From the human T2T-CHM13v2.0 reference genome, Homo sapiens, in assembly GCF_009914755.1 (NCBI RefSeq), contig NC_060925.1: 64,000 nucleotides of DNA; one strand, written 5' to 3'. Shown here one piece after another: positions 16,819-33,524 of this stretch. A program made the translations under genes and the position numbers. The notes below the pieces were generated by a model. That model worked only from the letters and a program-made list of their open reading frames with translations, made no database searches and was not told the DNA's origin. Position 1 is the first letter of the stretch; the number at the start of each line of letters is the position of its first letter.

Positions 16819-16911
16819 CACCCCTTTACCCCACCTCACCTCATCCCTCATATAGTTGTTAGCAATGTGCAAGTGCATTTGTCTGGGGAGTCCATAAGCT
16901 CTTTTGTTGTC

Positions 16912-17390
16912 TTTTTTTTTTTAACAGCTTCATTGAGATAAAATGCACATTACATAAGGATCACCCTTTTGAACTGTACAATTTAGTGGTACCATCACTG
17001 CTGTCTAATTCCAGAATATTTTTGTCACCCTAAAAAGAAAACCCCATAGTCATTAGCCATAGTCTTTCCTCATTTCTCACTCCCTGCAGCCCCTGGTAGC
17101 CATTTAATCTGTTTTCTGTGTGGAGTTGTCCCAGACATTTCATATGAGTGGAATCATACACTATGTGCCCTTTTGTGTATGGCGTCTTTCACTTACCATA
17201 TTTTTTTCAAGCTTCAGCCATGTTGAAGCATGTGTCAGTGTTTATTCTTTTTTATGACTGAATAATATTCTATTATATGGATATACCACATTTTTGATAA
17301 TCCATTCATCAGTTGGTAGACATTTGGCTTGTCTCCACTTTTTGTCTGTTATGAGTAATGCCACTTTGAACACTCATGTACATTTTCACA
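16912..17390 (-). mobile_element. Old L1M (L1MB-like) 3' region
   Basis: AACAGCTTCATTGAGATA, GTGGAATCATAC, GAATAATATTC..TATATGGATATACCACATTT. Confidence 0.8.
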
Positions 17391-17957
17391 GTCTTTTAAG
17401 AACGATTTTTAATATATAGAGTATAAATCAGTGAGAAAAATGCAAATTAATTCAACCATCAATGGACAATATATACGAATAGATAATTCACGAAGAAGAG
17501 TGGTAAATTTTAAAAATGAAAGTATCAATGGCTGTGTATTCCTGAAGGGATATTCCCTCTGAAAGATTACTATTTTATAACTATGTGAAAGAATATTAAT
17601 TGTTAGCAGGAGAGATCTTGTGGCTGGTTACAGGTAGTTCGAGAATGATATTCAAGAATTTAAAGTGTTATGGTTAGACTTTTCTGTGGCTCTTACCTCC
17701 CTTGAGTATGAGTTCTAAAGGAAAATGTCTTATGGCTTCTTATAACTTCCCAGTGTGTATACACTGCGGTTGTGTGTGTGTGCTGACACATGTTAAACTT
17801 TGGTTATTGTATGGGTACACATGTTAAACTTTATATTTAGTTATAATTTTAAATTTCAAAAAGTACAAAAACAAAAAATAGTACAGAGAACACCCAGGTA
17901 TTCTTCAGCCAGATTCACCTGTTGTTAACATTTTACCCAATTTGCTTGCTTATTCTT

Positions 17958-18092
17958 TATCTACCTACCTACCCATCCATCCATCCATCCACTATCCATC
18001 CATCCATCCATCCATCCACTATCCATCCATCCATCCACCCACCCATCCACCCACCATCCAACCATCCATCCATCCATCCATCCATCCATCCA
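17958..18092 (+). repeat. (CCAT)n tetranucleotide microsatellite, interrupted
   Basis: Seen directly. Confidence 0.97.
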
Positions 18093-18592
18093 TATACACA
18101 CACAATTTTTTTCCTGAACTATTTTAGGGTAAGTTACATACCTCACAGTATTTTACCCCTAATTTTTTCAGTGTGCATTTTCTAAGACTAGGTACATTCT
18201 TTTATTAACTTCAATAATTTACATTAATAAAATAGTTCAATCACCTGTCAATATTACAATTCTGTCAGTCGACCAAATATTTACTGGATTTTCACAAAGT
18301 CTTTGTGAAGGGGACATTATTTATTCCCATTTTACTACTGAAGGAATCAACTAGCTAAGTGATTCAACAAATGTCATATTGCTAAGATGGCTAATATTAA
18401 TAAAGTACTATGTGCCAGGCACTTTTCTAAGTGCATAACTTGTAAATACTCTCTTTAAATCTTATAACAGCTCTTTGAAATGAATCAGGGCCCTGAGGAA
18501 TACAGAGTAAGGAACAGACAGAGTGCTCAGAGGAATGTTAAGTTTTAGGCTCTTTTTCTGCTTCTTTAGTGATTAAATAACATTTCATGCTT

Positions 18593-18614
18593 TGTGTGTG
18601 TGTGTGTGTGTGTG
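18593..18614 (+). repeat. (TG)n microsatellite
   Basis: Seen directly. Confidence 0.95.
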
Positions 18615-18633
18615 TTTTAATTTTAAAACTTAA

Positions 18634-18986
<353 letters not shown>

Positions 18987-19076
18987 AGGAGCAGGTATTT
19001 TCAATATTGCTTTAGTTGCATGGTATATCAGAGCAGCTGTGAGGTACATTGTTGATGGAAGTAATAATTTTGCCTC

Positions 19077-19079
<3 letters not shown>

Positions 19080-19112
<33 letters not shown>
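19080..19112 (+). repeat. (TG)n microsatellite, about 16 units
   Basis: Seen directly. Confidence 0.97.
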
Positions 19113-19113
<1 letters not shown>

Positions 19114-20020
19114 ACATAATTTTCCTGAAAGCCATATTTGTATGGTACATTATAGCTTACAGAGAACCTTCATGTCTGTTACACAGTTGATTCTCACCCC
19201 AATCATTTGACCACTTATAATTGAGTTAGGATTCAAGCCTAGCTCAATTATAACTGGTCTTCTCCTAATCCAGTGGTGTCATCATTACTCTGTGCTCCAT
19301 TAATAGAGCCTTTACTTTCAAGGTAGTCCTGATGCAGCTCAGACTTTAAATTACCCACGTCCTTTGCTTACAACTTTATGGGAAAAGAAAAAAGAAAAAA
19401 AAAGAACAAATTACCCAAGTCTCGAAACTTGCTGATACCTTTTTTCTCCCTTTACAAATGTTTTTTCTTAATTTATAAAAATTAAGATAGTTTTAAGATT
19501 TAATTTTTAAAAATTAAGGTAGCAGATAGTTTTAAGTCATGAGGGACAAAGGTTTAGAAAGATTGACCTTATTTGAATAATTTGGTGGTATCAAATGAAA
19601 CCTGTAGCAAAAATAATCAGATCCATATTTCATTATATAGTAGTCATTATTGTGCTATGTCGTTGTGCCAATTAAATTAAGTGTATCTATTTAGCATCAG
19701 CCCCAGAATTATTTTGTTTTTGGATTGGATGAGACCTTTAGAGGACTAATGAAGTGGCTTTAAACTTTTTTGTACACAGTCCACAGTAAGAAATGTATTT
19801 AACCTCTCTTTTTCTCTTATACTCAATCTCATGAAACAACTCTTACTAAATATAATGCACCCTTTTTCTTTTATTCTGTCCTGTGCTTTTCTGTCAAATT
19901 GTTTTTGAAGGCTGTGGTGATTTACTAAATTGATAAACCTGATATTGGGTTATAATAATGTCATAAGCACTATTCTGGTCTAACTCTCTCTTTTTACTAA
20001 TATGTAAATACACCCTACAA

Positions 20021-20030
20021 GGTGACGTGA
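20021..20030 (+). promoter_or_regulatory. UPRE/ATF6-XBP1-type motif GGTGACGTGA (candidate only)
   Basis: Exact match to G(G)TGACGTG(G/A); no functional evidence. Confidence 0.25.
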
Positions 20031-20158
20031 TTTATTTTTATTTTTATTTTTAGATTTTCCAATTAATTCATTGCAATGCTGGGCCAAGAATTAAGGACTC
20101 CTAACTTCCAATTTTGTATTTTCATTTAATGACTTAAATTACTATTACTTTTATTTAG

Positions 20159-20503
<345 letters not shown>

Positions 20504-21479
20504 TGAAGCAGTGGAGTCATTAACTGAAATAACAGGAAACCATTTTGAGGCTCCTTTGAAGATCCCTGTGTTCAGGACTTGGGTCCCTCTATTCTTCAAG
20601 AGGCTGTGCCCATGGTGTGGCTTTGCTGAGAGCATCTGGTGCATACTTCTGCTTTTACCTCTCTTTTGGTTGTTCTTTATCTTCATTCAGAAGATGAGAT
20701 TGGTAGGGTTTCCCCATCCTATAACCTAGCAGGGACTTTGTCTATTATCTGTTCTCATTCTGGAAACTATACTACATATCAGAAGGCATTCTTCATTTTA
20801 AAAAATAGAAGGAAATAGTTTGCAGGATGAAGATTATTTCCTTGATAATCTGCCAAATAAATGGTTCAGGTTGCCAGTATGAAGCTTCTTTAATTTTTGG
20901 CAAATGGGAGCTGGTTATATGCATACATACACACAAAACTTAATAGAAAGAGTAAAATAAAATTTTGACTGTCATGAGATTGAGAAGAGTAGAGATAGTG
21001 AAAGTCTAAATTTTCTCTTTTTTTCTGCTTTAAACAATTTAATGAGAAAAATAAGTGTACGTAAGATTCTTAACAAAAATCAAATTAAGTTTTTTAATGT
21101 ATTTGAATATTTAAAGTAGGATTGCCACAAATTAAATTTGCCAATGATTTTAACTATGTGTGTTTTTTAAGAATGTATCTATAAATATGTTTACTGCAAT
21201 ACATATGCAATAATGTATGTTATGTAATTTTTATTTAATTGAAAGATTGTATTTTTATTTTTGGTCAGTTACAGTGAAGAGGTTAATCAGTAATGGCTTC
21301 CACTTTATCTATCAGTTTAGAGGGCAAGATTCAGCCAAATGAGAATAAGAACTGTTAGAAAGATGTGCAGCAAGTCAATGATTACCATGTGATTCATCCA
21401 TAGGTTATCAATACTTGATCTGACTTGAGTTTACATGAGATATTCGAATGTATTTCTTAGCATAAAAATCCCATTTTAA

Positions 21480-21784
21480 TTTTTTTTTTTTTTTTTTTTT
21501 TTTGAGATAGGCTCTTACTCTGTCACCCAGGCTGGAGAACAGTGATGCGATCATGGCTCACTGCAGCCTCAACCTCCTGAGCTCAAGTGATCCTCCTGCC
21601 TCAGCCTCTAGGGTAGCTAGGACTACAATTGTGCACCACGATGCCCAGCTAATTTTTTAATTTTAGCAGAGACGAGGTCTTCCTATGTTTCCCAGGCTGT
21701 TCTCAAACTCCTGGCCTCAAGCGTTCCTCCTGCCTCGACCTACCAAAGTGTTGGGATTACAGGTGTGAGCCACCACTACTGGCT
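21480..21784 (-). mobile_element. AluJ
   Basis: Poly-T plus full body with GATCATGGCTCACTGCAGCCTC. Confidence 0.92.
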
Positions 21785-21904
21785 CCTATCTAGTATTATA
21801 TCTAATTTAATTTATGGTCATTGAGCTCATTTCTTAGCAACATCACAGAAACAAGGCTTTAGTCAATTTTATTAATAAAAAGAGACTATAATAACTTACA
21901 GTGT

Positions 21905-22260
<356 letters not shown>

Positions 22261-23797
22261 ACAAAATGTGGACGTACTTGAAACTTTGACTCTTACATTG
22301 ATTCAACCTTCAAAGGAACTTGTCCATTTGTGAAAGTTTTCCTTTTATATAAGTCTTTCTTACAGTCAAATAAGTGTTTACTAAGTGAAATACTACATTT
22401 TATAGTGCAGTGGCACTCAAAGGAAACTATTTTGCAGCTGTAGAGTTTTTTCTTTTGTCCTTTTTACTTTTTCCAAGGCAAGATGCCTGGTGGGAGAGTT
22501 GTCTGGAGGCAGGATGATCAGAAGCAGGACCTGGCCAGCTGTTCGCTTATTTCAGTCTGTATGAAATCATCTGATATGCCCATAAGAGAGATGTGTCAAT
22601 TGGCTAATGGGTCAGAGTATTGATTTTATGTTTTCAGATTGCTGACAGAGAGATTAGGCTTCCAGATACAAGCAGTTCCACAAGTCTCTGTTTTCAGACA
22701 GGCACATAATTAAAGTAACCACACAGTTCTCTGAGGTTAGAGTTCCATGCTGTGATGCAAGCCTCTCTATTTGGTATTTAAAAGCAGTTTGAAGCTGTTG
22801 TGTAAGTATCACTGAACTTGGAGTCAACTGACCTAAGTTCTAGCCTTGGCCCTTCTACTGTCTTAACAGTGGATTAAATGATGAGGCTTATTTTAAAGAA
22901 TCTTGAAAACTATAGTAATTTCAACAAGAGGAGATTAATTGAATATATTATGAAACATCAAGATAATTGAAAATCTGTGCTGCCATTATTGCATGTCAAA
23001 GGTCATTTTGATACACTGTATGTGCAAAAGCAGTTTACCAAACAGAATTACATACAGTGTAATCCTTTTTTTCTTATATAGGAAAATACCCACTTCCCCC
23101 CACTTAAAAAAATACCAAACACCACAATGTGTGTATGTTTAGCCTACAAATCATATTTTTTTTGCCTAGGAAGTATTGAATAATTTAAATATTTTATATT
23201 CAGATAGCTAAAGATGGCTTGCTGAGATAAAACATTGGAGCCCTGTGTTTGGTGATAGCCGTGGGTTTCATTTATTTTTACTGTCTTTATCCTCTGTATT
23301 TATTGATAGTATTGAATATTTATTTTCAGAACTATTATAGTGTATCTGTTTCTATGGGAAGAAATGAATATTTGACCACAGATGGTTTTCATTTTTTTAG
23401 TATGGGGCACGTGGATTGACAGCCTTTGAAACTTGAATGCTGTGTAATATTCAGGTGCTTTTATTGTTTATAGAAATGCCTAATCCTTGTTTGAAATTTA
23501 TTAAATGGTATGCCATCTGTAAGCCCCTCTAAATTCCACAGATTAATTAGCCTTTAAAGTAAGGTTGCCTTTTGTCTAACTTTTAGTATAAACTCTTCCA
23601 TCTGGGAACTTTCACTTTTATGTCCCTGTTCAGTGTTCTGTGTACTTCAGCACTCTAGTATTAATTATGGACACTGGCATTCTAAGTAACATGAAGAACA
23701 CTAAAAATAAAAGTAGACTGAACAAAGTGGCAATGTCCGGAGAATAGTTTGCATTTGGTGAATAATCAATCCATCATGGCTTTGCCATTGCTCTTTG

Positions 23798-23843
23798 TAT
23801 GTGCGTGCGTGTGTGTGTGTGTGAGTGTGTGTGCATGTGCGTG
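23798..23843 (+). repeat. Imperfect (TG/CG)n purine-pyrimidine alternation
   Basis: Seen directly. Confidence 0.9.
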
Positions 23844-24110
23844 TTTAGCATTACTTAAGAGTGAGATAGTTATTCTTCAGGGAAATTTTTACAGATGATG
23901 GTTTCACAAAAATCAGCCTTTTTGTAGTTTAAATAAAAAAACACCCTTTTTGACATTTCATGTAACATTTCCTTGTGGGTTCTGATTTAAAGGTTGTTGA
24001 AAATATTTGGTGTTGGCAGATCACTTGGTTGGCTTTGGCATACTTCTCTTTCTAGGAAATGTAGTATCAGGGTGGGAATTGTGTTGTTGTTTTAAAAGAA
24101 ATAGATTACA

Positions 24111-24420
<310 letters not shown>

Positions 24421-24699
24421 TTACATTCTTTAACTTTATTTACTGGTCTCAGTAAGAGTTATTGAACACTCTAGAGTGTTTACTTTTTAAAGTCCATTGC
24501 AAAATATATAGAAATTAGTAATTCAACCATCTGTGTACTCATACTAATCAATGTAATATAGGTTGGCGCTTTTTATGCACTTAATTTTGCCACCTCTCTC
24601 ACTTCCCCAAAGAAATTAGACTAATGTATAACAATAGGCTTCATAACTTAATTTAGAAAACATAACAAAAATAATTTCGCTCAGTAAGTTTCTGTTGTA

Positions 24700-25700
24700 G
24701 TAGATATTGTTGGTATTAAACAAAAAAGTAGGATCAGATGTGGTTTGGCTTTCAAGGTATAAAATCTAGGTGGGGAAAGAGAGAGAGAGTTAACATTCTT
24801 GAAACAATTGAGAGCATTAGAGTGTTCCAGTATATCCTCCAAATTCTAAGGTTATAAGATGTTCAGAGAAAATAAAAAATCAGGGTGGGTTAGAATAATT
24901 GAGTTCAAATGGACCTTGGAATTAGGTTAGTGGAGGAGATAGCATTCCAAATGGAAATAAACAATGCGAATAAGGAAACATGTTAGACATGTATGGAGAT
25001 TATGAAGTAGCCTTAAATGATAAGATTGGAGGAGTGTGGCTTGAATAGCTGTAGATTTAGGGCAGAAGGTCTGGTTAGGCCGTGGGAGGTCACAATATGG
25101 AAGACCTTAAAAGAAAAGATGGGTAGCAGGGATACATGACTAGCTTGTTTTTGCAATTGAGTAGTAAGATAAAAATATTTTCTTAGGAGAAGTTATCTTA
25201 GAAATGGTGGACAGGATGAGATGGAACACAATTGAAATAGGAGTCTGTTGCAGTAGTATAGGGATGAGTTAATGAGTGCCTGTATTAGGAGAGTGGAAGA
25301 GGGAATAGAGAGAAAGTAATTACTGAGACACATTTTCACTGGAATAAATTTGGTCATTAGTATATACTTTTAACATATTCAATGAGTGAATGAGGGATTG
25401 AGAAGGACTGAATATAGTGAATAAAGTAAAATAATAGTTACTATTGATAGAAAATGGATAGATTTTTAAACAATCTAGTTAGAGGGAGATAGTTCAGTTT
25501 GCACATAATGAATTTGAAGTGGTAATAACTGTAAGAAGTGGCCTTATAATTAATTGAATATATGGTTCTGGGGCATAGCCATTTAAGGGCCAGAGATACA
25601 GATTTAAGATGTATGTATATATGCATATATATTTAAAGATACTTTCTGAGGGAGTTTCTAAGGGGAAAATTGGAAGATTAATAAACGAGCCTTAGAAAAC
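24700..25700 (-). mobile_element. Degraded L2
   Basis: Purine-rich text with L2-like motifs (AGTTCAGTTTGCACAT..GAATTTGA, GGCCAGAGATACAGATTT). Confidence 0.55.
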
Positions 25701-25926
25701 ATAAGAAGAAATTATTTAACATTTGGGTTTTAGAAGGCCTTATTTAATCATTTGATTTTAACTTATTTAGTTTGAGCAGTGTGTTTTCAAACCTCTTTTG
25801 AAACAACTAGTAACCTATGCTTTGAAAAAATTGTTGGTTAAAATAATTGTAAAAATGAGTATATTCTGATCTATTTTGATCTGATTTTAAAACCAGGGTA
25901 TTCTGATTCATTATAACTTTTTCTAG

Positions 25927-26190
<264 letters not shown>

Positions 26191-26764
26191 TAAATTAAAT
26201 TATGTAAAATAATAGTGCTAGGAAAAGGAGGGTATAATAAGTCCTAAAACATTTGCAGTAAGGATAAAGCATTTGAAGGGGACCCTTTGAATTGTACTCC
26301 CCAATCTACATAGAAAAGTTGTCTCCTTTTCCTAGGTTTCTCCTCATTCATTGCCTTAGCACCCTCTTTTCTGGCTAAGTGAATCACACTGAGGCTTCTA
26401 AAGTGCCCTGCCATATTTTCCCTTTTAAAAAAGAAAACAATATAAAAGTGTTTTTATTTTTTCTCAGTCCACCTAACAACTAATGTGATTTTTGCATTCT
26501 GTTACTATGCTGACTCCAAGAGGTTTTAATCTCCTCAGTTCTATTCGGGAAATTTGCTGTTTTCAGAATTTCTCACTGCAGTGCTGAACCATATAGATGC
26601 CTACTGAATGGGGCTTCTTACACTCTTTTTCTCTTGGCCCTGAGTACATGGGAATACTCCTATATTTTACTGAAAACAATGATTTAAAAGGTTAGGGAGG
26701 CAAACTATAGAAGTGACTCAAAATTCTTTGGGGATCCGTAAAAATATAAAAAATGTTGAATTCT

Positions 26765-27184
<420 letters not shown>

Positions 27185-27363
27185 CTAGTCTTGAAAAGTG
27201 TTATTTCCTCACCTTTGATTTTTTTTTTTTTTTTAAATAAGACAAGGTATTTGTAAGACAAGAGATTTACGTAACCGGTAAAGAGGAAAATTCTAATCTT
27301 AAGCGTTGCTTTTTCTGAAATCGATGTTAGTTTAATTGTATTTAATGTGGTCATTTCCTTTAG

Positions 27364-27456
<93 letters not shown>

Positions 27457-27569
27457 TAAGTGAATAGATATTTATTTTGGACACTAATGCTAAAAACTTA
27501 AATTCTCATTATTCTTTAGCTTTTGTCATAAACTAGAGAAAAAATGATTTGTTTTTCAAGATGTGTAAA

Positions 27570-28820
27570 GAGTAATGAGACAGGAGCCATGCCTTCAAAG
27601 ATCTCATGATCCAGCTGGGAGGAGAGACAAGTAGAAGGATGACTATGGTATAATGTGATGAACATAATAATAACAGTGTGAATGAGTCCTAACATAATAT
27701 AGAGTACGAGTTCCTTGAGGTGAAGGTTCTTGTCGTATTGATGGGTACTCGATACATTTTTTGTTGAGTGACTGAGTTATAAGGGAGATACCTACGAAGG
27801 AAGCTGAACATTGAACTGTAATATCAGTTTGCCATGTGCAAAGTATGAGAAAGGCATGCCAGGCAAAGGGAACAGCATGTTTAAAGGCACAGTTATGAAA
27901 TGGCATGACATGTTCATAAAAAAGTGAAAAGTTCAGTGTATCTTGTATATGTGGGGAGTGTGCCTGAGGCTAGATATATGGTTAGAAGTATAGGTGCTGC
28001 TGTGTACAATGAGGCATCCCTAGCTTTTAGGTGGAGGGTAACATAATCAGCTTTGCATATTAGGAAGAGGACTTTGTGTGTTGTATTGAGTATAGACTGC
28101 AGTGAGGAGAAACTATTGGCAGAGAAAGCATTAGAAGACTATTGAGGTGTTTCAGGTAATAAATGAGAGTCTGAACTTACACTATGGTTATAAAAAGGAT
28201 GAGCAATCTTAGGGTACCTCTCTGATGTAGCTTTTGTGGGATTTGTTAACTGGTATAATGTGGGACATGAGGAAGAAAAGAGGGAAGTTAAGGATAATTC
28301 AAAAATTTCTACCTTGAGGGACCGAATGGTGGTGCTGTCATCGGAGGAAGCAAACATAGACAGATGGATAGTTTTATGAAGAAAGACAATAGTTTTTATT
28401 TTAAGTATAGGAAGTTTGTGGCACTGACTAGATATTGAGAATTAACATTATAGATAGGTAGGTAGACTGACAGACAGATAATGTTAGTGGTGTAGATGAG
28501 ATTATCCAAGGAGAACAAGTAGAGGAAGGAAAGTAACAAGAATCTGGGGGACACCAGTATGAATAGTAGATAGCCTTGGGAAAAGAAACTCACAGCATAT
28601 TAGGGGCAGAACTGAAAGAAAGTAGCTTTTTGAAGCCAAAGTAAAAAGAGCTTCAAGCAGGTCTTGGGCAGTGGTATCACATGCTGCTGAGAGCTTGGGA
28701 GATGTAGAAAGCTGAATTTGGCAATTATCAGGTCAGTTGTAATCTTGGAAAGCAGATTTAGTAGGGGTAGGCATGAAGTCTGTATTAAAATTGGTTGAGA
28801 AATTGAAAGGAGTTAAAATT
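27570..28820 (-). mobile_element. Degraded L2
   Basis: L2-like motifs (CCAGGCAAAGGGAACAGCATGTTTAAAGGC, AGAAGACTATTGAGG). Confidence 0.65.
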
Positions 28821-29339
28821 GAATAATCTCTTTTTTAAAAAAAACATTTTTTATGAAGATTTTCAAACATATAGGAAATTTGAGAAAATAATATGATCAA
28901 CCCCTTGCTCTCATGAAATTTATAATCTAATATAGGTGACATATACTAATCAAAATGATCACACAAATAAATGCAAAATTGTAACAATGTTAGGTGCCAT
29001 GAAGGAAAGGTACATGATATCATGAGGCCACATAATAGGGTCACTTGACCTAGTTAGGGAAGTAAGGCAAGGTTTCTCTGAGAAAGAGGTGATTGTGTTA
29101 ACATCTAAAAGAAGATTAGGAATTATTTAGGTAAGATACAGGAAGAACATTTCATATAGAATATATAAACATCTATTCCCACATTTGTGTTGTGTCTTTG
29201 TGTTTATATGTATTTAGTTTAAAAATTTTGGTTTTACATGAAACAATTATATACAAATTGTGCTTTCTTTAAAATATGTGAATACATTATTCTCTTTTAA
29301 TACTACATAGTTTTTTGTAGTGTAAATGTGCCATAATTT

Positions 29340-30162
29340 AGCAATTCTCTTTAGGTCTTGGGAACCCCTTTGTACCCTTAAAAGTTACCAAGGATCCCAA
29401 ATAATTTTTGATTTTGTGGTTTATATATACTGATATTTATTATATGAGAAATTAAAACTTTAAAAATAAAAAATTTTTAATTCATTTAAAAATAATAAAC
29501 CGTAAACCATTACTTTACATGTTAACATAAATAACATGTTAATGAAGAATAATTATATCTCCCAAACCTCCAAAAATTTAGTGAGATACAGAAGAGTGGT
29601 ACTACTTTATAGTTTTGTAAAAATATTTTTTTTGGGGGGAAGCTCAAATACATCAGTTTTAGTTTTTCTCTATATACACATTTATTTGCTACTAAAAATT
29701 GAAATAGCATATTGAAATTTCCTTTTGTTGCAATCCAAAATTTTGAAAACCAGAAAACCAAATTAATTATTATTATGCTGTGGCCAGACTACTCAGTATT
29801 TTCTTTACATTCTTTCCTCCAAGTTACTTTCCTTCAAATTCTTAATGTTGGGTTTTATCTCACTGACTTCAGGCTTCTAAAACACATGGGGATACTTGAG
29901 ACCTATTGTTGCTTCTTTAGGTCAAATCAATAGTTTCATAAAAATCTTTGATGTCCGACTTAACAGGATCTGGCAGGATTATCTGTTTTTTCATGTAATC
30001 TGTTATGATATATTGTTTGGGTTGAAATAAATGAAGAAAATTTAGACTCACATCGGTATGCAGTTGGAAAAGGGAGAACTTTGCAGACTTTGAAAGACTT
30101 TTAGGATCCCCAGAGTTCCTTGGACTGCTTAAAACCCCAGTGCACACTTGCCCAACTGCTGC
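29340..30162. mobile_element. hAT-Charlie (Charlie1-like) relic
   Basis: GGAACCCCTTT..ACCCTTAAAA..GGATCCCAAA left end and GCAGTTGGAAAAGGGAG...AACTGCTG right end. Confidence 0.65.
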
Positions 30163-30469
30163 CGTAATTTATTTAACCATCTTTTGATAGGCAGCTAGGG
30201 TATTTCCAGTTACTTGTTGATATGTGTACATAAAATGTATTTCCATATATTTATGTGTCTGTATGTGTATGATAGAATCTAGACTAGAGCTAGAGGTTAC
30301 GATTATCTGAAATTGTGATAGAGTTTGCCAAATTGCCTTCCAAAAAGACTGTATCCGTTTACATTCCCACTAGCAGGAGAGAGGAGTATCCATTTTCTCG
30401 CATTTCCTAACACTGGATATTGTATTTTTAAAATTCTTGCCTATCTTGTGGATCAAAAATGTTATTGTT

Positions 30470-30950
30470 AGCCTGTCACATTGGCCTGTGTGCTCTTCCT
30501 CAAACACTCTAAGCCTGCTAGCACTTCATGGTCTTCACTTTCATTCCCACTGCCGGCAGTGCCCTTCCCTCAGAGATTCTTTCTGTCAGGTGTTAAGCTC
30601 AAATACCATGTACCCCTGAGCTTCAAATAAAAGTTTTAAAAAAGTGATTAAAAAACATCAAGTTTTTTTGGTCAAAATTAAAAAAAAAAAAAAAAGCTCA
30701 AATGCCACCCCTGTGAGGCTTTCCTGGACTACCTTTTCTAAATGTCTATCCCAGCTCCTGCCATTGCATTCCCTATCGCCTTTCTTTCTTCATTTTTCTA
30801 CATAGCACCTCTCCCCTTCAAGTATGCTATGTAACTTACTTATTTTCTTTCTCTCCCTGGAGGTATTTTTATCTCTTTTGTTTTCCAGTGCTTAGAACAG
30901 TGGCTGGCACATAGTAGTTACTCAATAAATACTTGTAGTATGAATGAATG
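30470..30950 (+). mobile_element. L2 3' end
   Basis: CAGTGCTTAGAACAGTGGCTGGCACATAGTAG..CTCAATAAATA..TGAATGAATG terminus. Confidence 0.8.
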
Positions 30951-31249
30951 TCTCCCTCACCCAATTAGTAGGAATTATATATGTTCATAAACTATTTCTC
31001 AAAAAACTGTGTGTTCTTTTAGTTCCTCATTTCTTATCTGGTATACGTGGTACTTATTTATTTAGTCAGACATACAGCAAATATTTATAGAGCACTTAAT
31101 GTTTGCCAGGTACTGAGCAAGGAATCAAGGATGCAAATATGAATAAAAGTACAGTCTAGTAAGAGAATCAGATATGTAAACAACTGTTGTATGAGAAAGA
31201 ATTATATGGATGTCATATAAACATATAGGCATTAAAAAAATGAAAAACT

Positions 31250-32376
31250 TTTTGTTTACACACTTCTGACACCAGATATGTGGATTTTCTACACTGAGCA
31301 ATTCTCCAATTCTCTGGACACCAACTGGATGTCCTACAATTTGACTCAATTCTTTTTTAAATTTTAATTGTAAAATATTTTTTATTGAGACAGGGTCTTG
31401 CTCTGTTGCCCAGGCTGGAGTGCAGTGGTGTGATCGTAGCTCACTGCAGCCTCCATCTTCCAGGCTTAAGCAATCCCCCGATCCTCAGTCTCCTAAGTAG
31501 CTGGGACTACAGGTGCACCTCACCACACCTGGCAAAGTTGCTCAGGCTGGTCTTGAACTCCTAAGTTCAAATGATTCTCCTTCCTTGGCCTTCCGAAGTG
31601 CTGGGATTACAGGTGTGAGCCATTATATCTGGCCAATTTAAGTCATTTCTGACACTACCTGGAGCTAGCACAGGCTCCCACAGGTTAAGGGCTGAGTATC
31701 CAAAGACTGCCCCTGACTTCAGTCACCAGTTGCAAGTCCCAGGTTGTGACCTGTAACTTCTGACTAAGTGGCTATAAGTTGAGGGTTCCCACAATTCCCT
31801 CTTGAGGTTTGATAATTTTCTAGAATGGCTCACAGAACTCAGGAAAACACTCTATTTACTATTACTGGTTTTATTATAAAGGATATGTGGGGCAAGCTAA
31901 ATGGGAGAGACGCATAGGGTAAGGTATAGGGGAAGAGTGCAGAGCTTTCATGCCCTCTCCAGGTGCACCACCCTCCTAGTACCTCCTTGTGTTTGCTAAC
32001 CTGGAAGCTCTCCAAATTCCATTGTTAGGGGTTTTTATGGAGCTTCATTAGGTAGGTGTGATTGATTAAACCATTGGCCATTGGTGATTGCACTTAAACT
32101 CCAGCCCCCTCTCCCCTACTTGGAGGTTGAGGGATGGGACTGAAAATCCCAACCCACTAATTATGTGGTTGGTTTCTCTGGCAATCAGCCTCCATCATCC
32201 AAGAGTCACCTCATTAGCATAAACTCAGGTCCAGCTGGAAGGGGCTTATTACGGATAACAAAAGATGCTCTTCTTACCCCCTATCACTCAGGAAATTCCA
32301 AGGGTTTTAGGAGCTCTGTGACAGGAACCAGAATAAAAACCAAATATATTATTTCTTATTATATCGCAAATTCACA
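31250..32376 (-). mobile_element. MER21-like LTR interrupted by an AluJ (31354-31634, - strand)
   Basis: ACTTCTGACACCA, GGTTAAGGGCT, CTAGAATGGCTCACAGAACTCAGGAAA; Alu flanked by a diverged TSD AATTTGACTCAATTCT/AATTTAAGTCATTTCT. Confidence 0.78.
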
Positions 32377-33144
32377 GGCATATTCTTGAGGGAACATAAA
32401 AGTAACCAGTAACGCTGCTAGTGGCAATCATGGGAGGCTTTATGCAGTAGTACTCGATGAAGGAATAAAGAGGATTAGATTATGCTACAGGAAGTGACAG
32501 TGGGGTTAGGGGGGACATCTCATTGTGGAAGCCCTCATGAATCAATAGAATTTTAGGAAAGAAAAGACTGGAACAAAAAAAATTTTTTGAGTGCCCCCAC
32601 CCACCAGACAAAAAATTTTTAAAAATGAATTAATGATCTTCACAGCTGCTGAAGTAAAGGTGGGGATGGATCTCATTTCCATGGTAGATTGATTGATTAT
32701 GAAAGGAAGAGATGATGGTCCCTATTTTATCAAGAAGTGGTTTGTGTTCAAAAAGGAGTTAGTAGAAAGAGGGGATTAAAAATCGGAGAAAGCTTAAATA
32801 TTTGAAAATCTTGAGGATCAATCAGTTAAGATCTGTATCTTTCTCTGTGTGATGCTTTAGGAACAGCCAGCGAAGAAGTAGTGGGAATATTAGGAACTAT
32901 TCAAGTTAAAAAAACATGTTAAAAGGCTTAACTTGAAGAAAAGCATCAAGGAGAAAAGCTGGAAGGAATGAGGAAGTGTAGGAAAGTATCTTAACAAGTC
33001 AGAATATCTTTGACACCAACAAGGAAATATGGAGGAAACTGGCTGTGAAATTTATAAAAACCAAGAACTATTTCTTGTAGACAAAATTTGGCATGAACAG
33101 TGAAATATTAAAGCCCAGAGAACAACAGTGATTTGAAAGACTGA

Positions 33145-33524
<380 letters not shown>

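Noticed and set aside
19340-19362. ERSE-like CCACG
   Set aside because: No CCAAT nine bases upstream, so it is not an ERSE.
22500-22580. Box C/D snoRNA-like motifs (GATGAT...CTGA)
   Set aside because: Box C is not RTGATGA and there is no terminal stem.
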